A stretch of 64,000 nucleotides of DNA from Rhodanobacteraceae bacterium UBA703 (GTDB taxonomy: Bacteria; Pseudomonadota; Gammaproteobacteria; Xanthomonadales; Rhodanobacteraceae): the NCBI GenBank assembly GCA_002297645.1, contig DBMH01000098.1, forward strand, positions 45,357 to 109,356, given 5' to 3'. The position numbers and the translations under genes are program-made. Under the pieces are notes generated by a model that was not told the DNA's origin, did no database searches, and saw nothing but the letters and a program-made list of their open reading frames with translations. Position 1 is the first letter of the stretch. Each line of letters opens with the position of its first letter. This document shows positions 1 through 9,901 of this stretch, in pieces.

Positions 1-1
1 C

Positions 2-157
2 CATCGAGAGCGTGTCGTTGGAAAGCAGGCCGTTGGCCTTGGCGTGGCGCAGTTCCTCGATCAGTTCCTCGCGGCTCTGCGGTTCACCCGAGAGCGCCTG
101 CGTGATGCGCTCGAACCACGATCGTGGCGGGGGTGTACTGTGCGGGTCCTCGCTCAT
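2..157 (-). CDS. corC: HlyC/CorC family Mg2+/Co2+ transporter-associated protein, N-terminal part (runs off window)
   Basis: Not in ORF track. Minus strand from ATG at 157 reads MSEDPHSTPPPRSWFERITQALSGEPQSREELIEELRHAKANGLLSNDTLSM; lies after ybeY as in the conserved phoH-ybeY-corC order. Confidence 0.8.
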   Translation of the reverse strand, partial: MSEDPHSTPPPRSWFERITQALSGEPQSREELIEELRHAKANGLLSNDTLSM

Positions 158-261
158 CTTCTACGGCAACAGGCCCATCGGGGCGGGGCGGCAGTGTAGC
201 AAATGCGGGTTGCGGGCAAGATGACGCTCCGGAAAGGCGGATTTCGTCCCGCGAAGGCCGT

Positions 262-768
262 TCATGCGTAGGGATCGGCGATGCCGAGCGACGCCAGCAC
301 GGCGCGTTCCAGCGCCTCCATGCGGTCGGCGTCGGCGTCGTCCTCGTGGTCGTAGCCGAGCAGGTGGAGGGCGCCGTGGATCGTCATGTGCGCATAGTGG
401 TCGCGCGGATCCTTGCCCTGCTCGCGCGCCTCGCGCGCGACGACCGGCGCGCAGATCACGAGGTCGCCGAGCAGGCCGGAGTGCTCGCCCGGAGCGGCCT
501 CGTAGGGAAAGCTGAGCACGTTCGTCGCGTAGTCCCGGCCACGGAACTGGCGGTTGTAGCGACGTCCCGCCGTGGTGCCGACGATCAGGATGTTGAGTTC
601 GGTCCAGCTCCGCAGGCGCTGCAGTTCCGGAATCGCCGCCAACCAGCGCTCGAAACTGCGGAGCATCGGAACGCCCTTGCGCCCGGCTTCGTTCTTCAGC
701 CACAGGCACAGTTTCGGCGCCGTCTTCCTCGCGGCGGGGCGCTTGCGCGGGGCGCGCTCAGCGGCCAT
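262..768 (-). CDS. ybeY: rRNA maturation endoribonuclease YbeY
   Basis: NRQFRGRDYATNVLSF and HGALHLLGYDH zinc motif; directly downstream of phoH. Confidence 0.95.
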   Translation of the reverse strand: MAAERAPRKRPAARKTAPKLCLWLKNEAGRKGVPMLRSFERWLAAIPELQRLRSWTELNILIVGTTAGRRYNRQFRGRDYATNVLSFPYEAAPGEHSGLLGDLVICAPVVAREAREQGKDPRDHYAHMTIHGALHLLGYDHEDDADADRMEALERAVLASLGIADPYA

Positions 769-1747
769 CCGGCTTCGCCGCCCCTTCAGCGTCGCGGCGC
801 TCGTAGGCGTGCACGATGCGCTGCACCAGCGGATGGCGCACGACGTCCTTCGCGGTGAAGAACGTGAAGCTCACGCCGTCGACGTCGCGCAGCACCTCGA
901 TCGCGTCGCGCAGGCCGGATTTCACGTGCTTCGGCAGGTCGGTCTGCGTCGGGTCGCCGGTGACGACCGCGACCGAGCCGAAGCCGATGCGCGTGAGGAA
1001 CATCTTCATCTGCTCGACCGTTGTGTTCTGCGCCTCGTCGAGGATCACGAACGAATCGTTCAGCGTGCGGCCGCGCATGTAGGCGAGTGGCGCGATCTCG
1101 ATCACGTTGCGTTCGATCAGCTTCATCACGCGCTCGATGCCGAGCATCTCGTACAGCGCGTCGTACAGGGGGCGCAGGTACGGATCGACCTTCTGCGTCA
1201 GGTCGCCGGGCAGGAAGCCGAGTTTCTCCCCGGCCTCGACCGCGGGCCGCACCAGGATCAGGCGCTGCACGCGGTTGTCGTTGAGGGCGTCGACCGCCAT
1301 CGCGACGGCGAGGTAGGTCTTGCCGGTACCCGCGGGGCCGATGCCGAAGTTGATGTCGTGGGTGGCGATCGCGTGCAGGTAGCGCGTCTGGTTCGCGCCG
1401 CGGCCGCGTACGGTGCCGCGCTTGGTCTTGACCGCGACCTCGTGTGCGCCTTCCGCCGCGCGCACGCCGGCCGCTCCGGCGCCGGCTTCCGAGAGGTGCA
1501 GGTTGACCTGCGTGCTGCCGAGGATCTCGCTCTCGGTGGCGGCGTAGAGCTCGCGCAGCACGCGTTCGCCGAGCTTCACCGCGTCCTCGCTGCCGCTCAC
1601 GCGGAACACGTTGCCGCGATTGGCGACCTCGACGCCGAGGCGCAGTTCGATCTGGCGCAGGTGCTCGTCGAACGGACCGGCGAGATTGGCGAGGCGCTCG
1701 CCGTCGGCGGGTTCGAGCGTGAAATCGTGGTGCGTGGTCTTCGTCAT
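758..1747 (-). CDS. phoH: PhoH-like ATPase (YbeZ)
   Basis: GPAGTGKT Walker A, RPAVEAGEKLGFLPG, YMRGRTL, DEAQN, VVRHPLV. Confidence 0.95.
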   Translation of the reverse strand: MTKTTHHDFTLEPADGERLANLAGPFDEHLRQIELRLGVEVANRGNVFRVSGSEDAVKLGERVLRELYAATESEILGSTQVNLHLSEAGAGAAGVRAAEGAHEVAVKTKRGTVRGRGANQTRYLHAIATHDINFGIGPAGTGKTYLAVAMAVDALNDNRVQRLILVRPAVEAGEKLGFLPGDLTQKVDPYLRPLYDALYEMLGIERVMKLIERNVIEIAPLAYMRGRTLNDSFVILDEAQNTTVEQMKMFLTRIGFGSVAVVTGDPTQTDLPKHVKSGLRDAIEVLRDVDGVSFTFFTAKDVVRHPLVQRIVHAYERRDAEGAAKPDGR

Positions 1748-1798
1748 AGGCGCGCGAGGGTAGCGCCGGGACTGCGGCGAAACCAGTCCGTGCCGGCG

Positions 1799-2872
1799 TC
1801 AGGTGGCGACGTCGCGCTGGAAGCGCCGGATCCAGTCGTCGAACGCGTCGACCGCCGTGGCCGGCGGCGCGGCTGCCGGATGCCGGGCAGCAGCGCGCCC
1901 GCCGGCACGGACGTCGCCGGGCGTCGCCCCGTAGCGCTGGCGGAACGCGCGGCTGAAATGCGCCTCGCTGACGAAACCGTGCGCATACGCGATTTCCGAG
2001 ATCAGCCGGCGGTCGCGCGGGTTCTCCAGCGCCTGCCGGCAGCGCTCGAGGCGGCGCACGAGCACGTAGTGCGCCACGCCGCCGCTCGCCTCGAACAGGC
2101 GATAGAGGCTGGCACGCGAGACCGCGGCGGCGGCACGGACGTCCTCCGGCGAAAGCCGCGAGCGATGCAGGTGAGCGTCGATGTAGCGGCGGGCGCGGTC
2201 CAGAGCGAGTTCCTGCTGCGAGGTGCGCGTCGCGTCGTTGTGCAGGTCGGGCCGGGCCAGGCCGGCGAGCAACTCGACCATCGCGCGCACGACGATCGGT
2301 GCGTCGCCGGACGGCAACGCGGGCAGTCGCCGCCGCAGTGCGAGGAGATGGTCGGCATAGAGCGCGGCCGCTGTGCCGCGCAGCACGTGGCCGTGCAGGT
2401 CGTCGGTCGGCAGCAGCGGTTCGAGCAGGTGGCGCGGAACCAGCAACGCCAGCGTGTCCGAGGCTCGCGCCTGCGTCGCGAGCGGCTTGGCCAGATCGAA
2501 CAGGCTGATTTCGCCCGGAGCCAGGTCGAGCGGACGGGAACCGGCCTCGCCGCGATAGCCGCCGCTGCGATAGAGGTGGACCACGAAATGGTCCATGTCG
2601 TCGCGTCGGGCCATTTGCGGCGTGCGCGCAAAGCGCTGCGCGCCGAACGCGAAGCGGCTGAACAGGATGTCCCCGAGGTCGAAGGCTTCCACTTCCGCCT
2701 CGAACGCGGCATCGGCTTCGCGCGAGGCATCGAAGACCACCGAGATCGCCTCGTGCCAGACGTCGAACGCATCCGTCGGGGACAAGCCGGCGGTGGAGAA
2801 GCGCGTGTACGGCAGGCTGCCTTGTGCCGGGGCGGGCATCGGCTCCGTCATGGGCACGATTTCCCGATCCAT
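1799..2872 (-). CDS. AraC-family transcriptional regulator (FeaR-like N-terminal domain)
   Basis: C-terminal double HTH (VSRASLYRLF...ISEIAYAHGFVSEAHFSRAFRQRYGATP). Start at ATG 2872 or 2851 is more plausible than 3058. Confidence 0.88.
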   Translation of the reverse strand: MDREIVPMTEPMPAPAQGSLPYTRFSTAGLSPTDAFDVWHEAISVVFDASREADAAFEAEVEAFDLGDILFSRFAFGAQRFARTPQMARRDDMDHFVVHLYRSGGYRGEAGSRPLDLAPGEISLFDLAKPLATQARASDTLALLVPRHLLEPLLPTDDLHGHVLRGTAAALYADHLLALRRRLPALPSGDAPIVVRAMVELLAGLARPDLHNDATRTSQQELALDRARRYIDAHLHRSRLSPEDVRAAAAVSRASLYRLFEASGGVAHYVLVRRLERCRQALENPRDRRLISEIAYAHGFVSEAHFSRAFRQRYGATPGDVRAGGRAAARHPAAAPPATAVDAFDDWIRRFQRDVAT

Positions 2873-3214
2873 GGGATGTCGGCGAATCGCGAGGCGGTCG
2901 CGGCGGCGCGCGCGCGGCTGGCATGAACGCGGCGCGATGCGCGGTTCATTGGCGTGATCCTCTCCTGTGTTCCTGCCGGGACGGGCGGTCAACGACCTGA
3001 GACGCCGGGTCAATCGGTGCCGCCGATGCACCGCCGATAATACGCGTCGCAGCCGCATCGGCGCAGCGGGACTCCGCGCGCGCCGCCGTCACAGGGGAAT
3101 CCGCGAAGGATCGGGCCGCGCCTCTGGCGCGGCGACGGGCGCGCGCGCGTCGAGATCCGTGGGTTCCGTCCGCGCCGATGCGGCAGCGCCGTTCCACGAC
3201 AGAGAAATTCCGCC

Positions 3215-6200
3215 ATGCGACATCCCATCTCCCGCCGCCTTCGTGGCCTCCTCGCGGCCATCGCGCTGGTCGCGTCGTTCGCCGCTCAGGCCGCCCTCGC
3301 GCCAGTCTGGCGCAACGTCACGCCGGGCAATCCACCGGCTTACGTGCAGGATTCTTCGATGACGTTCGACAGTACGCGCAACCGCGCCGTGCTGTTCAAC
3401 GCAGACGCCGGCATCGTCAACCTCAGCAGTTGGAACGGCAGCGCGTGGACGCCGCACGTTGCGGCGGACGCCTCGCCCGGCCCCGGCGGGCGCACCGCAC
3501 CGATCACCTACGACGCCGCGCACGACCGCATCGTGCTGTTCGGCGGCTTCGGTTTCGGCCAGCGCAAGAACGATACCTGGCGATGGGACGGCACCAGCAC
3601 CCACTGGTCGGCACCCCTTCCTGCGATGGCTCCGCAGGCGCGAAACGGCCACGCGATGGTCTACGACAGCGCCCGTCAGCGTGTGGTGCTGACCGGTGGC
3701 ATCTACTGCAGCGACGGCGTGTCGATGTTTCCCTGCGCGGACACCTGGGAATTCGACGGCGAGCTCTGGACCCGGGTCGTCGTGCCGCTCGGCTACACGC
3801 CGGGCCGCTGGCGGCATGGGATGGCTTACGACGCCGCGCGCGGCGTGGTGGTGATGTTCGGCGGCACGAACAATACCTACACGGAAATCTACGACGACAC
3901 CTGGGAATTCGACGGCAACAGCTGGACGAAGAAAACCCCCGCCAACAAGCCTTCCGCGCGCCACGGACACACGATGGCCTACGACGCCGCGCGTCACAAG
4001 GTCGTGTTGTACGGCGGAGCGGGTGTCGGCCACGGCGCGGAACACTGGGAGTGGGACGGCAGCAACTGGACGCCGATCGTCCAGCCGACCGTCAATCCCG
4101 GCGCGCGCCAGTCGCATGCGATGACCTACGACAGCGCGCGCCAGCGGTTGGTGCTGGCCGGCAATTTCGGCGGAGGCATGGGGCGCGACGAGGTATGGGA
4201 GCTGGCCTGGGAGGAGCCGCCGCCGCCCGGCGTCACGACCACGACGTTGACCAGCGCTCCCGCCTCCAGCTCGTACGGCCAGAGCGTCACGTTGACTGCC
4301 ACGGTCGTGCCGATCGCGCCGGCCACCGCGACGCCGACCGGCACGGTGACGTTCTTCGCCGACGGCAACGTCATCATCGGTTGCTACGGCAAGCCGCTGG
4401 ACAACTCGGGTGTCGCCAACTGTGCCACCGATGCGCTCGCCGTGGGCAGCCACGCCATCACCGCGCAATACGGCGGCAATGCGGCATACCCGGCTTCGCA
4501 GCCAGCCTCCAACACGCTGTCGCTGCAGGTCGATGCGCTGACCACGACGATCGGTGCCGGGGCGTCCCCGACGAGTGCACGATTCGGCGAAACGATCTGG
4601 CTGGTCGCCGGCGTCGCGATCAACGGCAATCCCAATCATCCGGCCATCGCCGGCACAGTCGCCTTCTTCGACGGCGGCACCGCCGTGCCGGGTTGTGGCG
4701 CGGTGACGGTGGGCGTGTCCGGGCAGGCGCAATGCGCGGTCACGCACTTTGCGGTGGGCACTCATTCGCTGACGGCGAAGTTCACGCCCGGCCACGGCAA
4801 CGCGCTGCCTTCGACCAGCCCCGATGCCGTGAGCATTTCCGTCGCCAAGGCCGACACCACGACCACGCTGAGCCTGCCTTCGTCTCCGATCGTGACGGGG
4901 TCGTTCGTCGACATCGGCGCGAGTGTTGCCGTGAATGCACCCGGCGCGGGTTCGCCGAGCGGAACCATCGCCATCACCGCCCCTGCCGGAGCGGGCTGCT
5001 CGATGTCGTGGCCGTCGCAGACGAGCTGCTCGTATCTGGCGAGCTCGACGATGACGCTCACCGCCACCTTCACGCCGGATGCGGCGTCCGGCACTGCCTT
5101 CAACGGCAGTGCCGCCAGCGGCGTGCTGACGGTCGTCGAAACCCATACGGTCACGCCGAGTGCCGGCGCGAACGGCTCGATTTCGCCGGGTGCGCCGCAG
5201 ACGATCGTGCACGGCCAGACCGCGACGTTCCAGGTGACGCCGGCTCCGGGGCATATCGCGGCGATGGGCGGCAGTTGCGGTGGCGCTTTCCAGCCTTCCA
5301 GTACCACCCTCTGGGAGACCGGCGCGATCACGGCTGACTGCAGCGTGGCGGCGACCTTCCCGCCGCGCCTTGCCACGACGGTGCTGACCGGCAGCGCCGG
5401 CCCGATCACCTACGACCAGAGCGTCACTTTCACCGCCACGGTGCACCCCGCCGCGTCGACCCATCCCATGATCAACGATTCGCACGAGCCGACAGGCGTC
5501 GTGAGCTTTCGCGCCGATGGTGTTTCGATCGGCTGCGACAGCCAGCCCCTGAACTCGCTGCCCCCGGACCCGGGCAATCCGGCTCCGCGGCCCGTCACGG
5601 CCACTTGCACCACCCGCGCGCTCGCCGCTGGCAACCATACGATCTCCGCGCAGTACGGCGGCGACGGCAACTATCCGGGTCCGGCTCCTCAGCCGTCGTC
5701 CAATGAACTGGCGCTGCGCGTGGACGCGGCAGCGACGCACGTCGCCGTCGACGCGAGCTTCAGCGGCGGGCCCGTGTCCGGCCAGGCCGTCTCGCTGAAT
5801 GCCGCGCTCCGGGCAGGCGGCGCCGACGGTCCGCTCGTCAACGGCGCTGCGAACGGTGCGATCGCGTTCCTCGACAACGGCGTCGCGGTGCCCGGTTGCG
5901 CGAGCGTGGCGGCTGCGGTGGGGCAATGCCCGAACGTGCGTCTCGCGGCCGGCACGCATGCGCTGACCGCCGTGTTCACGCCCGCCGACGGCAACCGGCA
6001 GGGATCGACCAGCGATGCTCGGGACCTCCTCGTCGGCAAAGCCTCCACCACGCTGTCGCTGATCGCACCGCCACAGCCGCTGACGCTCGGCCACAGTGCC
6101 ACCATCGGCGCGAGCCTCGCCGTGAACGCCCCCGGATCGGGCGCGCCGGGCGGAACCATCGCCATCGGCGACGGCGAGGGCGCGAGTTGCGCGATCGCAT

Positions 6201-7636
6201 GGCCGGCGCAAGCGGCCTGTTCGCTGACGCCCGTCCGGGCCGGCACGAAGACGCTCACCGCCACGTTCACGCCGGATGCGGCGTCCGGCACCGACTTCGA
6301 CGGCAGTGAGGGCACTGGCTCGCTGACGGTGGAGGCCGCACAGCCCGGTGCAACGCTGACCAGCTCCGCCAATCCCAGCGTGTTCGGCCAGCCGGTGACG
6401 CTGACCGCCACCGTCACGCCGTCCGCCGGTGGTCAGGTGCCGACGACCGGCAATGGCATCGCGTTCTTCATCGGCGGCACGGAAGTCTGCCCGGGATCCA
6501 CCCTGACGTCCGTCGCCGGTACGGCCAGCGCGAGTTGCGACGTGCCCCAATCGGTGCTTTCGGCGGGCAATCATGCGGCGACGTTCCAGTACGCGGGCGA
6601 CGCCGACAACCTCGCGGTCGACGCGACGCTGGCGGGAGGCCAAACCGTTGCCAGGGCATCGACCACGACCACGCTGGACGTCCCCGTCACGCCGGTTTCG
6701 TTCGGCCGGAGCATCTCGATTGGTGCGGGCGTGACCGTGGTTTCGCCCGGATCGGGCGCGCCCGGCGGACGCATCGTCATCAGCGACGGCAGCGTCCATT
6801 GCACGATCGAGCTGCCCGGATCGACCTGCGATCTGATGCCGGCCAGCGCCGGCACGAAGACGCTCACCGCCACGTTCACGCCCGATGCGGCGTCCGGTGC
6901 CGGCTTCGAGGGCAGCACCGCGCACGGTGAAATGTCCGTGGAAAAAGCCGAGCAGGCGCCGTTGAGCCTCGCGACCGCTCCCGCCGTGCTGACGCCCGGA
7001 CAGCAGAGCAGGCTCATCGCCAGCGGTGGTTCCGGCGACGGCGAGGTGACGTACTCGCTGGATGGCGGCCCGTGCGGCGTGAGCGGCGACACCGTCCTCG
7101 CCCAGGCCGTCGGCACCTGCGCCGTGCGTGCAACCAAGGCCGGGGGCGCGAACTACGAGGAAGCCTCCGCCACCGCGACGCTGAACGTCGTCGCTTCGCA
7201 GTTGACCCTGACCATCGACGACGGCCGCGACTACGTGCGCTACGGCCAGATCGTCGACACCATCGTCACGCTGGCGAACGTCGCGGGTGCCCCGACGGCC
7301 ATCGACGTGCCGGTGACGTTCGCGTTGTCCGATGGCTTCGATCCCGACTTCGCCGAAGTCACCTGCCACGGCACCGGAGCGGGCGCGACCTGCATGCGCT
7401 CGAACGAACTCGATCCGCTGCGCTACCGCGTCACGCTGCCGCCGGGGCGCGAGCTGATGTGGCGGATCGTCGTTCCCGTGCGCCCGGACGCCGAGGGCGT
7501 GAGCGTGACGTTTTCCGCCAGCGCCGGTGGCGCGGAGTCCGCGAGCGACACGAACACGCTGGTGATCTTCAAGGAAGGCTTCGACACGCCATACGGCGAC
7601 GGTACGCAAGCGGTCGACGACGCCGAGGGCGGTTGA
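3215..7636 (+). CDS. Large exported repeat protein: Kelch-like beta-propeller, multiple bacterial Ig-like domains, InlB-B-like repeat, DUF11-like C-terminal domain
   Basis: Signal peptide (LLAAIALVASFAAQA); repeated YDxARxRVVLFGG...DTWEFDG blades; repeated TTTTLTS..P..YGQSVTLTATV Ig modules; ends VIFKEGFDTPYGDGTQAVDDAEGG. Confidence 0.85.
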   Translation: MRHPISRRLRGLLAAIALVASFAAQAALAPVWRNVTPGNPPAYVQDSSMTFDSTRNRAVLFNADAGIVNLSSWNGSAWTPHVAADASPGPGGRTAPITYDAAHDRIVLFGGFGFGQRKNDTWRWDGTSTHWSAPLPAMAPQARNGHAMVYDSARQRVVLTGGIYCSDGVSMFPCADTWEFDGELWTRVVVPLGYTPGRWRHGMAYDAARGVVVMFGGTNNTYTEIYDDTWEFDGNSWTKKTPANKPSARHGHTMAYDAARHKVVLYGGAGVGHGAEHWEWDGSNWTPIVQPTVNPGARQSHAMTYDSARQRLVLAGNFGGGMGRDEVWELAWEEPPPPGVTTTTLTSAPASSSYGQSVTLTATVVPIAPATATPTGTVTFFADGNVIIGCYGKPLDNSGVANCATDALAVGSHAITAQYGGNAAYPASQPASNTLSLQVDALTTTIGAGASPTSARFGETIWLVAGVAINGNPNHPAIAGTVAFFDGGTAVPGCGAVTVGVSGQAQCAVTHFAVGTHSLTAKFTPGHGNALPSTSPDAVSISVAKADTTTTLSLPSSPIVTGSFVDIGASVAVNAPGAGSPSGTIAITAPAGAGCSMSWPSQTSCSYLASSTMTLTATFTPDAASGTAFNGSAASGVLTVVETHTVTPSAGANGSISPGAPQTIVHGQTATFQVTPAPGHIAAMGGSCGGAFQPSSTTLWETGAITADCSVAATFPPRLATTVLTGSAGPITYDQSVTFTATVHPAASTHPMINDSHEPTGVVSFRADGVSIGCDSQPLNSLPPDPGNPAPRPVTATCTTRALAAGNHTISAQYGGDGNYPGPAPQPSSNELALRVDAAATHVAVDASFSGGPVSGQAVSLNAALRAGGADGPLVNGAANGAIAFLDNGVAVPGCASVAAAVGQCPNVRLAAGTHALTAVFTPADGNRQGSTSDARDLLVGKASTTLSLIAPPQPLTLGHSATIGASLAVNAPGSGAPGGTIAIGDGEGASCAIAWPAQAACSLTPVRAGTKTLTATFTPDAASGTDFDGSEGTGSLTVEAAQPGATLTSSANPSVFGQPVTLTATVTPSAGGQVPTTGNGIAFFIGGTEVCPGSTLTSVAGTASASCDVPQSVLSAGNHAATFQYAGDADNLAVDATLAGGQTVARASTTTTLDVPVTPVSFGRSISIGAGVTVVSPGSGAPGGRIVISDGSVHCTIELPGSTCDLMPASAGTKTLTATFTPDAASGAGFEGSTAHGEMSVEKAEQAPLSLATAPAVLTPGQQSRLIASGGSGDGEVTYSLDGGPCGVSGDTVLAQAVGTCAVRATKAGGANYEEASATATLNVVASQLTLTIDDGRDYVRYGQIVDTIVTLANVAGAPTAIDVPVTFALSDGFDPDFAEVTCHGTGAGATCMRSNELDPLRYRVTLPPGRELMWRIVVPVRPDAEGVSVTFSASAGGAESASDTNTLVIFKEGFDTPYGDGTQAVDDAEGG

Positions 7637-7644
7637 TGCCGCCT

Positions 7645-7706
7645 TGCGGGAGCGGTTTCGATCGCGATGTCCGGCGGAAGGGCGTCGAGACCGGGGCCGC
7701 TCCCAC
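7645..7706. repeat. Degenerate REP-like inverted pair
   Basis: GCGGGAGCGG...CGCGA and ...CCGCTCCCAC arms, resembling GTRGGAGCGG-type REP pairs, between convergent genes. Confidence 0.45.
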
Positions 7707-7927
7707 CAGGCGCCACCTTGCCGGAACAGGCAGGCGAGATGGCGGCGCGGGTGGCGACGCGATAGTCGCGCTCGCGGCGCCTGTCGGCGGCTTGATCATC
7801 GCCACGGGCGGGCGGGTTCCTCTCGACGGCGGCTTGGCGCGTCCGGCGGCGGGGCATGGCCTGCTGCCGCGGGCGGCTCCTGGAGGGCGCGGGCGGAGTC
7901 CGATGATCCATCCGCGGAAGCCCGGCG

Positions 7928-8422
7928 CTACAGGGCGCGGTGCATCACGTAGACGTCGGTCGGTCCGAGTACCGCGTGGCGGAACGCGCCCGGCACGCGA
8001 CCGACGATCGCGAAGCCGTGGCGTTGCCACAGGCGCACCGCGCCTTCGTTGCTGCTGACGACGAAGTTGTACTGCATGGCGCGGAACCCGGCGCGGCGCG
8101 CTTCGGCGAGCGAGTGCTCGCACATCGCGGCCGCGATGCCTCGGCCGCGCGCCGCCGGCGACACCATGTAGCCGCAGTTCGCGACGTGGTCGCCGAGGCC
8201 GGGCTGGTTCGGTCGCAGCATGTACACGCCGAGCACGTCCCCGTCGCATTCGGCGACGAAGCAACGGCTCGGCGCCGTCGTCCACATGGCGCGCGCCGCA
8301 TCCTCGGTGAGGTCGGGCGGATAACTGTAGGTGTCGCCGCCCGCGATCACCGCGCGGAAGATCGGCCACGCACGCGCGAATTCGCCCGCGCTGATCCCGC
8401 GGATGACGAGCCCGTCGCTCAC
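7928..8422 (-). CDS. GNAT family N-acetyltransferase
   Basis: [17 protein letters not shown] acetyl-CoA motif; [13 protein letters not shown]; GTG start overlaps miaB stop (GTGA). Confidence 0.9.
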   Translation of the reverse strand: MSDGLVIRGISAGEFARAWPIFRAVIAGGDTYSYPPDLTEDAARAMWTTAPSRCFVAECDGDVLGVYMLRPNQPGLGDHVANCGYMVSPAARGRGIAAAMCEHSLAEARRAGFRAMQYNFVVSSNEGAVRLWQRHGFAIVGRVPGAFRHAVLGPTDVYVMHRAL

Positions 8423-9762
8423 GCGGCGTCGGCTTCGTCGAGCCTCACGCGCCCACGCAGCGAATTGGTCAGCGCCTCGGTGATGGCGACATCGACGAAC
8501 TGGCCGATCAGCCGCGGCGGCGCCGGGAAGTTGACCGAACGCATGTTCTCGGTCTTGCCGGTCAGCTCGTTCGGGTTCTTGCGGCTCGGGCCCTCGACGA
8601 GTACGCGCTGCACGCTGCCGACCATGGCGTCGCTGATGGCCTTCGCGTTCGCGTTGATCGTCGCCTGCAGGCGCGCGAGGCGGGCGTGCTTGACGTCGTC
8701 CGCCGTGTCGTCGGCGAGGTTCGCCGCCGGCGTGCCCGGGCGCTTGGAGTAGATGAACGAGAAGCTCTGGTCGAAGCCGACGTCGTCGATCAGCTTCATG
8801 GTCTTGTCGAAGTCCGCGTCGGTCTCGCCGGGGAAGCCGACGATGAAGTCCGACGAGATGCAGATGTCCGGGCGCACGGCGCGCAGCTTGCGGATCTTCT
8901 GCTTGAACTCGAGCGTGGTATAGCCGCGCTTCATCGCGGCGAGGATGCGGTCGGAGCCGGATTGCACCGGCAGGTGCAGGAAGTTGGCGAGCTTCGGCAC
9001 GTTCGCGTAGGCCTCGACCAGCGAATCGGAAAACTCGAGCGGATGCGAGGTGGTGAAGCGGATGCGGCCGATGCCGTCGATCTCGGCGATCGCGTGGATC
9101 AGCAGGCCGAGGTCGGCGACGCCACCGTCGAACATCGGCCCGCGATACGCGTTGACGTTCTGGCCCAGCAGGTTGACCTCGCGCACGCCCTGTTCGGCGA
9201 GCATCGCGATCTCGGCGAGCACGTCGTCGAACGGCCGGCTGATCTCCTCACCGCGCGTGTACGGCACGACGCAGAACGAGCAGTACTTCGAGCAGCCTTC
9301 CATGATCGACACGAACGCGCTCGGGCCCTCCGCGCGCGGCTCGGGCAGCTTGTCGAACTTCTCGATCTCGGGGAACGAGATGTCGACCTGCGGCTTGCCG
9401 CTCTCGCGGCGCGCCTCGATGAGTTGCGGCAGGCGATGCAGCGTCTGCGGGCCGAACACGAGGTCGACGAACGGCGCGCGCTTGACGATGGCGTCGCCTT
9501 CCTGGCTGGCGACGCAGCCGCCGACGCCGATCAGCACCGGCTTGCCGTCCTTCTTGTGCTCCTTCCAGCGACCGAGCTGGCTGAACACCTTCTCCTGCGC
9601 CTTCTCGCGGATCGAGCAGGTGTTGACGAGGATCACGTCGGCTTCGGCCTCGTCCTGCGTGAGCTCCAGTCCGTGCGAGGCCTTGAGCACGTCGGCCATC
9701 TTGGCCGAGTCGTACTCGTTCATCTGGCACCCGTGGGTCTTGATGTACAGCTTGCCGGCCAT
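8419..9762 (-). CDS. miaB: tRNA 2-methylthio-N6-isopentenyladenosine synthase MiaB
   Basis: [18 protein letters not shown], radical [12 protein letters not shown]-terminal TRAM domain. Confidence 0.97.
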   Translation of the reverse strand: MAGKLYIKTHGCQMNEYDSAKMADVLKASHGLELTQDEAEADVILVNTCSIREKAQEKVFSQLGRWKEHKKDGKPVLIGVGGCVASQEGDAIVKRAPFVDLVFGPQTLHRLPQLIEARRESGKPQVDISFPEIEKFDKLPEPRAEGPSAFVSIMEGCSKYCSFCVVPYTRGEEISRPFDDVLAEIAMLAEQGVREVNLLGQNVNAYRGPMFDGGVADLGLLIHAIAEIDGIGRIRFTTSHPLEFSDSLVEAYANVPKLANFLHLPVQSGSDRILAAMKRGYTTLEFKQKIRKLRAVRPDICISSDFIVGFPGETDADFDKTMKLIDDVGFDQSFSFIYSKRPGTPAANLADDTADDVKHARLARLQATINANAKAISDAMVGSVQRVLVEGPSRKNPNELTGKTENMRSVNFPAPPRLIGQFVDVAITEALTNSLRGRVRLDEADAA

Positions 9763-9901
9763 CTGCGTGAGCGAAATCCTAGAAAGTCCAACAGTTTACG
9801 TGGTAAAACCGCGCCTCGCCAAGCGTGGCGGGGCGGTCCTGCAACGGTTTCGCCGTTGCCGGGACGGAAACTTCCGGCGGAAAAGTCGATCCATACAGGC
9901 C

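Noticed and set aside
5053-6897. Recurring ~45-nt repeats as a CRISPR array
   Set aside because: In-frame coding repeats 600-1200 nt apart within Ig domains; no cas genes
3089-7609. 1506-aa antisense ORF opposite the Kelch/Ig gene (similarly 27580-30909, 33643-37020, 40464-42833)
   Set aside because: Shadow ORFs expected from high-GC codon bias; R/G/V-rich, no motifs, and fully overlapping well-supported genes
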